Assembly (NCBI GenBank): GCA_964187785.1
Contig: OZ076413.1
Location: 33,480,001-33,544,000 of the forward strand
DNA from: Amphiscolops sp. MND2022
Taxonomy: Eukaryota
DNA length: 64,000 nt
Reading direction: 5' to 3'
Part shown: piece after piece, positions 1 to 12,500 of the stretch
Layout: every line of letters starts with the position of its first letter
How positions within the stretch are numbered: the first letter of the stretch is position 1
The notes under the pieces: model-generated
The model's database searches: none
What the model was told of the DNA's origin: nothing
The model's input: only the letters and a program-made list of their open reading frames with translations
Program-made: the position numbers and the translations under genes

Positions 1-536
1 AGCTATTTCTAATTTTCTCACTGCGGTAATCTTCGGGATTAATTTCCGATCTCTCAGTCTGAACGTTTCATCTATTTTGTGTCACAACGCAGATCCGGCC
101 TTCGGTGCATTTTGTAACTGAGGCAATATCTGATTGCTTATTGCATCGCTAATTGACCTCTGATTTTGGGTATTACCACTATTCATCATCTCATCCATTT
201 CTCTAGATAACCTAGAGTGTAACTCAGTCGACAACTTGTTGATCTCAGCATTTGAATTAGCACTTGTAGAATTTTGTCCGGGATTGGCATCATTACCAAG
301 TCCCATTTCTCCATGATTCAAGTACATGTTTTCTTCATTGTTTTCGATTATATTACTATTGGCACTTTCTGGCCTTCTAGCTGAGTTGCTATTTACAGAG
401 TGTCTTTCACAGAGTGTATTTCAGAGTGTCTCTCAGAGTGTCTTCCACCTAACATTATGTCTAGGTTTTTTATATCCGAGAAGATTTCTAGTCCTCTTGA
501 CTTTCTTGCCTTCTTTTGGTTTCTAGTAGTAGGCAT
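1..536 (-). pseudogene. Frameshifted gag N-terminal-like ORF inside LTR C
   Basis: ATG at 536 gives MPTTRNQKKARKSRGLEIFSDIKNLDIMLGGRHS. The frame breaks in an ACACTCTG microrepeat and resumes as track ORF 82..327 (...EINKLSTELHSRLSREMDEMM...). Confidence 0.55.
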
Positions 537-1718
537 CAAGACCGATTGTAAATACTTGAATTATTTTAATCAGCAAGGTGAAATTTAAACGGTTTGAACA
601 ACAGAATGGTTTACAGAATTGTGTTCTGCCTATGAGAGTCATCGGTATATATAGTCTCATAGGTATGCTATCTACATTTCTAATCATTAACGTATCAGCT
701 ACATGAAAGGGAATGTTATGGGTTTTCTCAGGGTCACATTCCTAGAATGGCAGATAAACATCAACAAATAGACATTTCAAAGCATTGGACGGAACAGACC
801 ATACATAGTACAAAGCATCAAACATTCTTGGGTAAGGTATTATATTACTATCAGGTCATCAAAGTACTAATACCGAGGTGGAGATATTCAAAATATGCAA
901 CATGTTCGGGCACACGGTAGCACGTGATCATTAGTGAGGGGCATAGGTGAAACAATTTACATGCATCGAATAATTATTGAACAGGCCTAATATGTCCGGC
1001 GTACATACTTTTGTAATCTAATCAAAAGCCGGTATAGGACCGGAGACCAGTTTTTACTACCATCAAAGTAAACCAATATCTAAAACTTCAGAGCATTGCT
1101 ATTTGTCGTTTTCATATTGTAATGGTTATTACATCATGTAAATAAGCATCAATAACCCATTATGCTAAATAATAACATCTCAAGTGCACAACACTTTAAT
1201 CGGCCGGAACCGGCCATCTGCCTGAATAGCACAAGCTTGCTTTTAGTATAAATTACTAGCTTTTAGTCCAACGGCCGTAACCGGCAAATAATCAGACTGC
1301 ACCACAACACAACAATAACGGCTTGTGATTGGTTAAAATGCACTAGTAAGCGACATCGCCGTGAAGGTACGGAAACGCATTTGAACTCGTTTTCTTTACT
1401 GCAGTACAGTTGTATACAGCTCTTTCAGTCTCTTGATTCAATTTATACTTCTAGCAATTCTAACAATTTGGCAACCTGATTTGGATAACCCAAATCGTAA
1501 TTTAACAGACTAATTCTAGTAAACGTATATAAGTTAGCATTAGTTTACAAAATAGTAATTCTTGAAACTAAAGGTGAATAAGAGCAACATCATAGTGAAA
1601 CGTTCAACTGACAAAGCGAGAGTTTTTGTTTAATAAATTGGGAAAGTACAAAGCACTATCTCTTTTCCAATTGATGTCGTTGTGATCCTTGTGCCGTCAC
1701 AGTCGGCAGCCTGCGACA
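1..1718 (-). mobile_element. LTR (5' or solo) of Gypsy-like element C, running off the left edge of the window
   Basis: The minus strand starts TGTCGCAG at 1718, matching the TGTCGC start of the A and B LTRs. It abuts the same target site as A. It contains a basic-start ORF (MPTTRNQKKARKSR...) like the LTR-encoded ORFs of A and B. No PBS found in 1-1718. Confidence 0.65.
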
Positions 1719-2140
1719 TGTGGCGACTGTCGGTGTTGACAGATGTGTTCATAAAGTGTTATTGTTGTGATATTTCGGGAATATGGATTGTTGGAGTAAT
1801 TTTAGTAATTGCTGCTAACTCGGAATACGTCATAGTAATTTATTGGTCATTTTTGGATCGGTAAGGATCGGTACATTCAGAACTTTCGATAGGTATGCAG
1901 AGTTTTCAAAAAAGGGTCAACAAGTGGTAAAGTTCTCTCTACAGATTGCTGCAGAAACAAGTTTTCATTTTGATATAAATGAGATTCCTCGCCAGTTCTA
2001 AACATAATTTTTTGATTGTTTGATATTTATGTGGGGTTTTTATTGTGATTTGGATTAGGTCATTTTTCTTCGAATCAACACATATCTGAAAAATTATACA
2101 AAAATCTTTCGGATCCGCTCGGTCGAGAACATGGGTAATT
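1719..2140. repeat. Right half of the dispersed AGATCTG-rich target repeat (flank of element C)
   Basis: Colinear with 21488-21883 and 42645-43035 (tgtggcgactgtcggtgttgacagatgtgttcataaag vs tgtggcaaccttctgggttggtagatgtgttgataaag). Confidence 0.85.
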
Positions 2141-2429
2141 GCTATCCCTACCAAACCACAATTTCAATGGGTGTCTGCATGACTGAGCAAGAAAATTAAT
2201 GCAAATACGGGGTTACTGCAAGACACCTGGTGCAGCAGTGGGAGGCGAGGGGAAGGCTGTCACGTCGACAGTCACTGCCAAAAATCATGTTAGATTGAGG
2301 CAGCTCAAAAAAACGAAAGAAAAGCACGTCAAAGAAAAGCACGCTTGATAAAAGGTTGAAAGCAGGGCGATTTTTGTCCTCCAAGTAACGGCGTGATATG
2401 GCTGGATCTCTATACTGATTCTAGTCATA

Positions 2430-3830
2430 CTTGCTAGTCCAATCAAGGCTCCTCAGAAGAAGAGCACTCGTTTACGTTTAATAAGTGTCTCAAAAGAGAT
2501 CTCGTTTCAAAACATGGTCATGAACCGTATCCACAGTATTATTTTTAAGAAAATCCGGTGAAAGTGACTACACAAATCCATCCTCATACCGACCAATAAC
2601 GATCTCAAGCTTTGTCGTAAAACTAAATGAAGCTAGATTGCGCTCTTTTCTCGGCAAACGTCAACAACTCGACGAAGGAAGGCTTCAGACCTCACAGAAG
2701 TACTGTTTGTCTGTTGTATCGATTAAAGACCAAGCTAATCGAAGTCAAGCAGAAACATTTGACCAGCGCGTTAAAATCTGTAGACTTTACGATGGTTTTC
2801 GACTTAGTCTGGAGTCGCCGCGACTCCAGACTAAGTCGAAAACCATCGTAAAGTCTACAGATTTTAACGCGCTGGTCAAATGTTTCTGCTTGACTTCGAT
2901 TAGCTTGGTCTTTAATCGATACTTGGGTCCAGTACGCGGCGTACTGGAAACATTTGATCAAACATAAAATTTTCAAAATTCCTGAACGATTCCACACCGA
3001 ATGTGTAAAAACTGATACTAATGGCAAACAGAGCGAAGCTTTTACAGAGGATGTTGTCCAAGCAGAGGAGTGTTCTCTGGCCACTCTTGTTCATATTTCT
3101 CATCTCTGATATGTTCCGTCTTTTGGACTGCAAAAAATTCAAATAAGCAGATCACGGGAACCTTCTGATTCTGAAAAAAAAATTAATGGAGGCTAATTTC
3201 GAAATACCAAAGTGCTTTAGTTAAACTGGAAACTTGGTGAGGAATCCTCGTCAATAGAGACAAAGCAACAATCCTCATTATTGACATCGACACTGTTCCA
3301 ACTGTGGAACTGTTCAACGAAACATGTCCGCTAAAGAGAAGCATAAAAATTCTCGGAAAAAACATAAGCCCGAAATCTCAAGTTGAATGAACACATGAAG
3401 ACATATAACGGCACAGCAGAAAAACTCATAATCAATCCGAAACGATACGCAAGGTCTAATTAGGGCCTGCATTTGTCATCAATAACGAAGATATACAAGA
3501 GCTTGTGCTTGCGCAAATTCTGAATGCTTCGATTTCGTAACATTAACCCACAGCTGTTTTCAAAAAACTACAATATAAGCCCTAAGCCTAATTATTGGCT
3601 TGACTACAAAATTCTATCAAATCGCCGCCATAATCTTATGTGGTATTCCGCCAATAAAGATCTACGTTCAGTTACTTTCAGAGAAAATTGGTATCAGAAT
3701 AATTAATTGCCAAGACAATTTGTTGCTTGAATGGAATATGTATAATGAAGTTTCATTTGGGCAGATCCAGTGTTGTGAGTTACACCTGATCAGAACAAGT
3801 CATAAAAAATCTTAAGCAATGGAAATGGAG
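2430..3830 (+). mobile_element. Highly decayed non-LTR (RTE-like LINE) reverse transcriptase remnant
   Basis: Broken frames give TECVKTDTNGKQSEAFTEDVVQAEECSLATLVHI (resembles the RT ...NGK.SE.F....GVRQGC.LSP.LFNI segment), GILVNRDKATIL...IKILGK and TKIYKSLVLAQIL. Many stops. Confidence 0.45.
2716..2922. repeat. Perfect palindrome: 103-bp arms, 1-nt spacer at 2819
   Basis: 2716-2818 is the exact reverse complement of 2820-2922, checked base by base. The ORF track shows the same peptide on both strands. Confidence 0.97.
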
Positions 3831-4530
3831 TGTCTAACTAAGATTTCGACAGATCAGAAACCACAGCATGACACTTCTCAGGAAATACTTGCTGTACATG
3901 CTCGATGATACTGTTTCCATAGTTTTGAAGGAATGTCGCAATTAAAGCCCCACTGATCAATGTTAACTGCATGTGGTTTCACGTGAGAGTACTAGTGTTG
4001 AAGAGTTTCTCGATCTTATCACTACCACACCGTATCACATCACATGTTCAAATCACATCACATAGTCAAAACATTAGTTTTTCAATTTTTTCATGCATTT
4101 TTTCTTGTTGGTAGATTCTATGGAGGGAAGAATGTTAAAAGAAGCCCATAACGTATGGTTTAGTTACCTGTTACGCATTTTGAGAGACATGCATTTTTTG
4201 CCAAAACAGTGCTTCAAAAGCCCCAAAAATATCTTCAAATACTCATTTTTTGAATGTCGCAGCTCAGTTTGGGATCAAATTCGAAAATTAACGCATCCAC
4301 CTACCTAAACATTGAATTCATAGTCACAGTATTCTTCCCAGAAAAGTAAGTTTGTAATTGTTTGTCAAAAAAGTTCCTAAAAACGATAACTAAGACGCCC
4401 AAATTTAATTTTTTTTTCCAATTTTTGACGCCATACGTCCAAAATCAGACCGTTTTCGAAAAAGACGTACTTTATTAAAACCTACCAAGCTCTACAATGA
4501 AGCATTCAGAAATCAGTGCGTTTTTGGAAC

Positions 4531-4678
4531 AACAATTATTTTCAAAATTCTCGAAAAACGTGAAATTCAATTTTTTATACACTTTTCGGCCATTTTTGAC
4601 CGAAACAATTATTTTAAAAATTCTCGAAAAACGTGAAATTCAATTTTTAAACACTTTTTGTCCATCTGAACGATTATC
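4531..4678. repeat. Two-copy tandem duplication, period ~73 bp
   Basis: aacaattattt(t/a)aaaattctcgaaaaacgtgaaattcaattttt starts at 4531 and at 4604. Confidence 0.75.
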
Positions 4679-5118
4679 CAAACAACATACGTAGAAAAAT
4701 CTCGGTTTTTGGTATATGATGTCAGTAAACGCACTGAGTGACAAAAGATAGGAAAAAAATGTGTTTGTGTATGCTGTTTTGTGCTCTTTTTTTTGTGAAC
4801 CCTATTAGTTAGATTGGACCATGTCATCTATTTCCCCCAGGTACACCTTGTTGGGAATCCGACAACCCCAACCCCCCCCCAATACGAAAGAACATTTTGT
4901 TCTTGAACAAAGATACATCACTAATAAGAGAATGTTATATGAATGTAAATACTTAGAGGATTGTCTTTACACCTGTTTGGACACTTCAGGCAAAAAAATA
5001 CCATAATGTTTTTGATATTAATTGTCCAAAACAGCAGAAATTCACTCTTGGAACAAACTAAAATCGAATAAAATGGCCACTATTTCAGCGCAATTTTTGT
5101 CCGCTATAAGATCTTGCT

Positions 5119-5550
5119 AGGTTTTCGATCTTTCTGCAGGGTTCTGCAAAGATCGTTGCACTGAATCTTGAAGATCCATACAGATTTGCACGATCTTTAC
5201 AGAAGTGTGCAGATTGTCTTTAAATGTGTGTGAAGATTTTTGCAGAAATATGTTTTTTGCAAAGGAACCAATTACTGCATTTTTGGACTTCTTCAACTAC
5301 TTTATCGAGTGTTTTATCTGACCTAGGGTCAGTCAGTTGAAACTCTTCATCACTCAAAACTCTCGAGATGGAAAATTTGTCCCCATCACGGAAACGTTGG
5401 TAACTGGAGAATGTGACTGGAAGAAACAAATTATTGATTATACACCGTAATTTATCCATTTCACTTACACTTTCCAAAAGTAATTTTTGAACTTAGAGAG
5501 GCTCGTTTGCCATATTGACATTGTTTTGGCAGAAAACGTTTGATATGAGA
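5119..5550. repeat. Left half of the target repeat interrupted by element A
   Basis: Starts with aggttttcgatctttc, a perfect 16-bp inverted repeat of 21868-21883. Ends ...gaaaacgtttgatatgaga, matching the empty site gaaaattgatatgtgg at 42634-42649. Confidence 0.7.
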
Positions 5551-7229
5551 TGTGATAATCTTCTTCCTCTGAATTTTTAATTGAGACTAATGTGGCGTCT
5601 GATATCTGTTTCACTTCGAAAAAAGGTTAGCAGGACATCGTGAGTTTTTCATTTTAGAGGCCTTAAGAGGATGATCCTCGTCTTCTGATTCTGAGGTTTC
5701 AGTATTGGATGCGTTAACTCCTATAGATTTTTTTACTTTTGGACCCCGATGGTAGCATATCATCAGTTTCTTGTATCTCAGACCTAGGATTTGTAACAGT
5801 AGATACACTTTTGTTTAATTTTATCTCTTTCAAAATTGCGTCTAGTTTGTTCTCCATCTCTTCTTTCATTTTCGCGATTCTATCGTTGTTTCTCTGTTAG
5901 AAAAATTCGGTTCAAGCTTGTATTTCATTGCTTATTTGACTGGGTTCAGTCAAACAGTTTTCTGGGTTAGATTCACCAAAATCTTCTTGAACATTCAAAT
6001 TAGAATTAGTTAAAGTTGTATTACCTGTTTCTGGAGAATCAACACTAGTTCTGCTACTTTCTCCGCTGGGAGATGGTGTTTCTAGTCTCCTCGACCTCCT
6101 GTTTCTCCTGTTTCCCATCTTGCTTAGTGGAAAACTAGGTACATTTGCTGGGGAAGAATTGGAATTATCTTTTCAATTTTGAAATCCAAACTTGAAAGAA
6201 ACAATGAAAACTGAAGAATTGTTTACACAGACCTGCAGAAACTGTATCAACTGCTTGTGGTGAAAGTTATTCTTGTTCTGAATCTCCTCTTCTCCTGGTT
6301 CTCCTCTTCAAAATTAAAAAGAATGACAAGCACTATTTCAAATGTCATAAAATCCTGGAAAAACAAAAATAGAATAACGTCAACCTTACATCATTCTATT
6401 TATATCACTTCCATGATGATGCCAATATGTTTAAATGGTGTAAAGACTTTAGGAAAAAACTGCAAATTACCATATTAAATTCCAAAAAGGCTGTTTGATG
6501 ATGTATAACTACATGACATTCAAATTTTGCAATTTTGGACGAAACATGGATAATACCGCATATACATTATATCTTGAATCGTAGGATGGCGCATAACGCG
6601 TATGAACATTTTTGTCAAAAAAGAACGTTAATGCATATACATTATATTCAATTCGTAAACTCAGTTTTATTATAAAAAGCGTATGTGATGTATGTTCGTC
6701 ACTGTTTGAACCGCATGACATTGTATGTTGATAGAGATGATAAACGTATGTTACCGCATATACTGATCATCTAAAAGCGCCTATTAACGTATGTTCCAAA
6801 AATCGTATAATGACGCATATTCAAAAGATCATTTCCTGCTGAATGACGTGTTTTCATGCGATCATTTTATGTGTAATGACGAATTTCTGACATTTACAAA
6901 ACGCTCATTGATGCTTATTCGTTGTCCTAAATGTAGTATGACTACGTATAGTGGAAATTAAAGATCACAGATTTATCATACTTATGTACTTTTTCTGCGC
7001 GTGTTAAATTTATGAATTGGGTTTAAATGAGCGAAGTGACTTCGGAGGACCTAGAGACAGGACCAAAAACAGATTCATCATGTAAAGCAAACAAATGATT
7101 TAGATGACATAACAAAAACATCATTAAGATGAGTTTAATGAAGTTTAAAAAGTTCGTTCATCGAGCTCCTTTAGACGTTCCTTTTTCATAGCTGCAGCAC
7201 GGAATCATCGCAACTAGACTGATGCGACA
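5551..7229 (-). repeat. 3' LTR of element A (1679 bp), carrying a copy of the gag N-terminal ORF (MGNRRNRRSRRLETPSP, 6118-5551)
   Basis: Direct repeat of 20148-21487, roughly 80-85% identical by eye. It has ~290 bp (about 6200-6500) that the 5' copy lacks. Confidence 0.9.
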
Positions 7230-7243
7230 GTCCCGCATTTTAA
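7230..7243 (-). promoter_or_regulatory. Candidate polypurine tract of element A
   Basis: Minus strand AAAATGCGGGAC immediately before the TGTCGCAT LTR start; purine run is imperfect. Confidence 0.4.
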
Positions 7244-8205
7244 AAAGGAACCAAACAGATTCGACGCCATGAATGAAAGCTCTGGATCTAATTGCTCTCT
7301 GTTTTACCGTCTCGCACTCAGATTCTGTTGCCCCCAGATACTCACCCAGCGTCTCTAGAGCGATCTGGTCGTTATACTTCCCACAGATGTCGCAGTAGAG
7401 TGCTACATTCGGCATCACAGTAGGCAAAAACTGTTGCACTGTCTCTCATTTGCTGGTATCAGAAGGAAATTGGTGCTGTGGGTTGTATCAAAAGGGAAAC
7501 CAATCTGCACCACTGGCTGCATCTGTACTTGTTGAATTCCATGCCCGTTTCTCTCATGGGAATGGGAAACAGAATGGGGGATAGATTGAATCTCGGAGCA
7601 TTTTCTGGTGTTGTCCCTTGTGGCGGAACCGTATTACCTCGAACTTCTTGTTCCATCGGTTCACTTGCTGGTGGGTGCTGAAACTTTGTCGACTCAGGCC
7701 TGTGATTGGGCGGGTACGTTGGCATTGGCCTCGGCTGGATTCCTCTGGATGTCAGAATCTGCTCTCAGAGTAGGAAGGTTTCTAGCAGTGGGGCGACCAA
7801 AACTATTTGTACATTTGTTAGGACCATTGCCCACTGTCCACAGAAATAAATTTCCTTCTTCGAACTCGCTATCTATAAATGAGTTTGGAGAAACCGCTTG
7901 ATCATCCTGGGGGACCCCATTAATTCCATTAGACACCTCTCTAGCTGAGTCCCTGAAGTATTTGCCGCTTCATTGTGTTCCAGAGTCACACTTATTTTGG
8001 GAAACAAAGTGCCAATCGTCGACTCCACAAACTCAGGCATCAGGTTACTCCCAGCCGGGTTTATCCGGAATTTTTCATCTAGTTGCGTAATGTTTCCAGG
8101 TGCGATGGAAAGTATATCCTCAGAATCACTTGAGATATCCACCACTTCAGGTGATATGAGGGAAAACAAGCAATCCTCGTCGATATTAAATTGAAGCTTA
8201 TTCAT
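7230..8205 (-). pseudogene. Sense-strand accessory ORF of element A, unknown product, frameshifted
   Basis: Four overlapping minus ORFs in successive frames (7873..8205, 7694..7936, 7459..7725, 7158..7439). Acidic/Ser-rich N-terminus and a C-terminal LYCDICGK motif; the last frame reads into the LTR. Confidence 0.5.
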
Positions 8206-8851
8206 TTTCAGGATTACAGAGATTTATATTACGTTTTCAAAGTTTTTGAAGAACGACTGATGTAAAAGATTATGATATCCATATGGTGAATCTTCCTCTC
8301 AGTTTTCCTTGATTTTGTTAAAACACCGCGAAAAAATTGAGTGTCATGGTTGCGTGGGTTTAGCGAAAATCTCATAGGTGATAGGGATGGCAAATTGCTA
8401 TACATGTATAGCGCTAGGTTTAAGTTTTCTCGTATAAAGATAAATAAACAAAAAAGGTGTGAATTCTTCTACATCTTTGATCGTTAATTTTATTTTTCAA
8501 TCTCTCAATTTTGTTTCAACAATATATAAATTTGCCGTTAACAAAATCATCATGGCTTAAATTTCTACAAATATGATTGAATCTTCTACTACATGCAATT
8601 TTCCTCGTCGACATCAATGAAACTTATATCAGGGAAAACATTTTACATGACTATTTCAAGGGTTCATGAAGTTTTAAATCACACGATCATATCATAGTAT
8701 ATCATTGAACGTTCCGCACTTGAAAAGTGCGCAATCTCCTGTGGAGAGTATAGGCACCTAACAATTCGTATATGGTGGAAATGAGTAGGTGTTCACGTGT
8801 TAATGTAGAGTATTTCTTTATGTATCTTTGTATGTAATATTCCAATCTGCC

Positions 8852-9250
8852 GCCGCGTATTTACCTTCTTTCAATACGTACGCTGCTGCAAACTTGTCTG
8901 TGCCAAAATCCATACATTGCCGCATACTCGTCATCGCTCGACGCGACTATCAACGTACGGTAGGTTAAATTTTGACAGCATAATACTGCATACGCAACTC
9001 CACTGGATATGAAATATTTTGCATACTTGTTCTCCTTGCCAAATTGCATACTAGCACATGCTCTTTCAACTATAATTCCTTGCAGTGCTGTATAAACTGC
9101 AAGCGTATTTCCGCATATTGGCGAATGTCTATAAATCGTAAAAACGCAAACTGCTGCATTTTGTTCATCTGTAAGTCCGCATATTTTTGCATGTTCAATT
9201 TTGAATTCCCGCATGCTACCGCTTATACACATGGAGTAAATCCGTGGACT
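8852..9250. repeat. CGCAT/GCGTAT-rich MITE-like insert in the cargo spacer of A
   Basis: Imperfect terminal inverted repeats (ccgcgtatttac / gtaaatccgtgg) and many cgcat/atacg motifs. Confidence 0.35.
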
Positions 9251-9589
9251 GCCGCTCGTTTGTTTGCGTTCTTTTCCGTTCCTGATGACCTAATGTCAAT
9301 TACGTAATCAGACAACCTGGCAGACGTGACTGACATTTAAATTGACCAATCAGATTGGAGTATACCATATACACTTGTACAAGTTTTGTGCGCATTTGCT
9401 TTTTGCCTTTCGTTTAATACGCCACGCCTTCTCTTTTCAAATTTGTCAATTTGTATTTACGTTTGTGTCTTTGTAGACGTCTACTCTAGTTGTTCTATTA
9501 GTCAAGTCAATTTACTTTCCAACTTTCATTCCACTTATTTCCCCGTATGTCCAGTCGTCTAGATTCTCCTAGAATTGTTGTTACTGCAA

Positions 9590-12500
9590 CTATGGGCGAC
9601 AACTGAGGTCGAGAGTTTTCGCAGGAGTTCGCTTCCAGAACGCGGACACGATCATCGGGCTATATATTTCCACCAGATACGTCACCAAGTGAGTTTGAAA
9701 TGTGTTTTTTTTTTCGGTTTATTCCTTCCCATTTTAAGCTTTTTAGAGTGAACATAGTTGGCCAGACCTTGAGCTCAGTGATTCGCTGATCAAGATTTTA
9801 TTTTGACCAGGATTGGTTTTGAAAATATTTCCAATTCCAGTTTCAGTTTTGTTTAACTTCTGCTTTCTTAATACCTGTTACCGCGTTTTAGGTCAAGATA
9901 TTTGGTTTATTTGTTTGAACTCAAAAAACCATTTGTTTTACACAAACTCACGGCAACTGAAAGATCTCCTGCACGCTCTCGTAGGAAAATTTACGGTCCC
10001 CAACAGGTCGTTCCGCCAAGTCATTCAGAGCCATCGGTGTACAGGATTCCACCTCCAAATACTTTTCCCTCTACTCACGAAAGGGTAGGACAAGAACCTC
10101 TTGTTGAAGAGGTTACTCATCCAATTAAAGCCGGAAGATACTGCTACCATGAATAACCCTGACGATTTGCCCAGTGCAGGACATCAATTTGGTGAATTGC
10201 AAAGTTCTGATTTACCAAGCATAGTTAGCCCTGATACTCAAGATGGCTTACAGCCGTAAGTTCTTCTCATTCAGTTTCTCCACGGTTCACTCAGTATCTA
10301 TCTATGGGTCAACAGCTTGGTACAACGGTTGATAACAATTCGCCACAAGAGAGAGCAAACCCAGCTGGAGTAGACGGAAAAGAGACTTTCCAAGAATCCC
10401 AATATTTACCAGAGGAAGTTGACTTACCACCACCCGGAAACAATGCTAGTATCAGCATTTTTCGGAACGAAGTTATTGCACTAACAATTGTATTGGGTCG
10501 TATACCCCAATCGTTCTTATCGGGGGAAAACAATTTGACTTCCGGGCTCACAGTCTCTGTAGTAAAGAACCTTCCAGGGCCTAATTGGGAAATCTCTCCA
10601 CAATACCGAGATATTACTGACCCGGGAAACCTGGACCATGGAATTGCAGCAGAATACGAACCCGAAGAATTTTCTCTAAGGCCATCCAAATGACCAAGAC
10701 CACGACATTGCTTGAGTGAGAGTATGTTAAGAAGACATCCAGTCTTAAAGTTCTCTGCCACCGGGCCAATTGATAAGAAGCAAACGCCGTAAAAATGGTG
10801 GTGCAAAGTCTGCAAAGTCGAATTATCTCTGATGAGCCGAGGGCTTTTAGAGATGATGTCTCACTATAAGACGGAGTCACATCATGTAAAAGATCACAGG
10901 ATCCGAATGGAAACACCAGATTTGGCCTTGTACGATCAAGAAGAGATAGAATTGCAGGGATGGCTTTGCAAGAAGCAAAAAGGACTGCTGAAGACACCCC
11001 ATACCTCCGCAACGCGGATCTCGACGACTGCTTGTAGGACAAGACAAACTACCTGAAGTAAATGGCCAGTCGAGGTTGGGCTTTAGAATTTGGACTGAAG
11101 CATGGTGGAACTATCACCAGCCTTATTGGAATTCACGATGAGATACTACAGCATACTTCAACGGTCAGCGACCTACAGCCTTCCAATTGGGAAAAATCGC
11201 GAAATTTTGTAAGTATTCGCTCTTTTCATACTCCTTACGTAGTAACTAAATTTGGTCCCTAGTCTATTGTACATGTGTTCTTTCCTGGTCTACTCAAGTT
11301 TTAACCTTTTGTTTGTGCTTCAGGGGATTTGGTGTATATGTTCCGAGAACTCATCAGTTATTGCACTACACACAATACCTCATCCGGAAGTTATTCACTA
11401 GTCTTGCAACATTCTTTCCTCTTTCTCTCCTTTTGGTCTTTTTCAGCGACTTTGTATCGGAACTGGACCTCGTGGTGTACTGATCCCCAAAAAGATCCTT
11501 GCACTTATTTTTTCACTTCTCTGCTTATTCGAATCTCCTCCCAATTGTATCAGCCTCGTTGACATGGGGGGAAATTTCAGCAAGTGTTTAGTTTCTGTCT
11601 TAAACAGCAACCCAAAGCCCAGTATTATTAACTGTTTCGGACCTGCTGAATTCGAGAGGTGTTTGGCCACCCCAACTGCCCATGATTTTTGTACAATTAT
11701 CGATTTTCTCCTCATGAACGTACGCAGGGCTCTTGATCGTGATTGGGTACATTCTTTGCCTATCCTCCACAAGGTAATGTTCTATTCAGAAAGTGTTAGC
11801 TTTATACATAAAATAATTATCAAGATTCATTCTCTTTCTTTTCAGTCTTTACTAACTTTGGAGCATTCATTGGCTGAAAGATCTACTTTGATCGAATGCT
11901 TTGCTACCAACTGGGATAGAATCAGAGACCACCTTACACAAGTGTCACGGTTGCCTGCTTACCGTTTTTACATGAGAGAGGCAAATAACTATACATCCAC
12001 ATTTATTGACATTTTTGATTCCAAAATCGGACTTTTGGTTTGTATTATAGCCCACCAGCCTCGACGGATGCTTTCGTCTGAATACCGCGTAACTAGCGTG
12101 TTTATTCATTGTTTATCGATCACTGTTAGTGTTCCTTTTCTTTTTCTCTTCTTTGTAAAACAACTTTATTTTGGAATTAAGCAGTCTCATTTACTTCCGA
12201 ACTCCCGTTATGATGCCAAAAAATCTTTTCTATCACTCCATAGAGGATAAATCACAATAACAATCCAATTACGTGTGAACTCTAACTTTGCAGCAAGTTT
12301 TACAAATACCAGCTCCAAATTTCTGATTCCCGCAATATAACGCATATTCATCATACCAGATAACGTATAATATCGTTTACACAGTGTGTTTGCATCTTCA
12401 TAGTAACGCACTTTCGAAATCTGGATTCCGAATAACTTTGTATATTCTTCATCCCGGGTTCGCATAGTGTTGCATAGCAAGAATGCAAATTCCGTATGAC

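Noticed and set aside
5551-6200. Tandem second gag / head-to-tail element downstream of the 3' LTR of A (likewise 21894-22300 for B)
   Set aside because: Homology with the 5' end stops exactly at the TG terminus before the PBS, so this ORF is part of the LTR, not a second element.
7230-8205. env gene in the canonical third-ORF position
   Set aside because: No signal peptide, furin site or transmembrane segment is visible in either accessory ORF.
11564-12250. 228-aa ORF as a stand-alone gene
   Set aside because: It lies within the exon/intron series of the A cargo gene and probably reads through introns.
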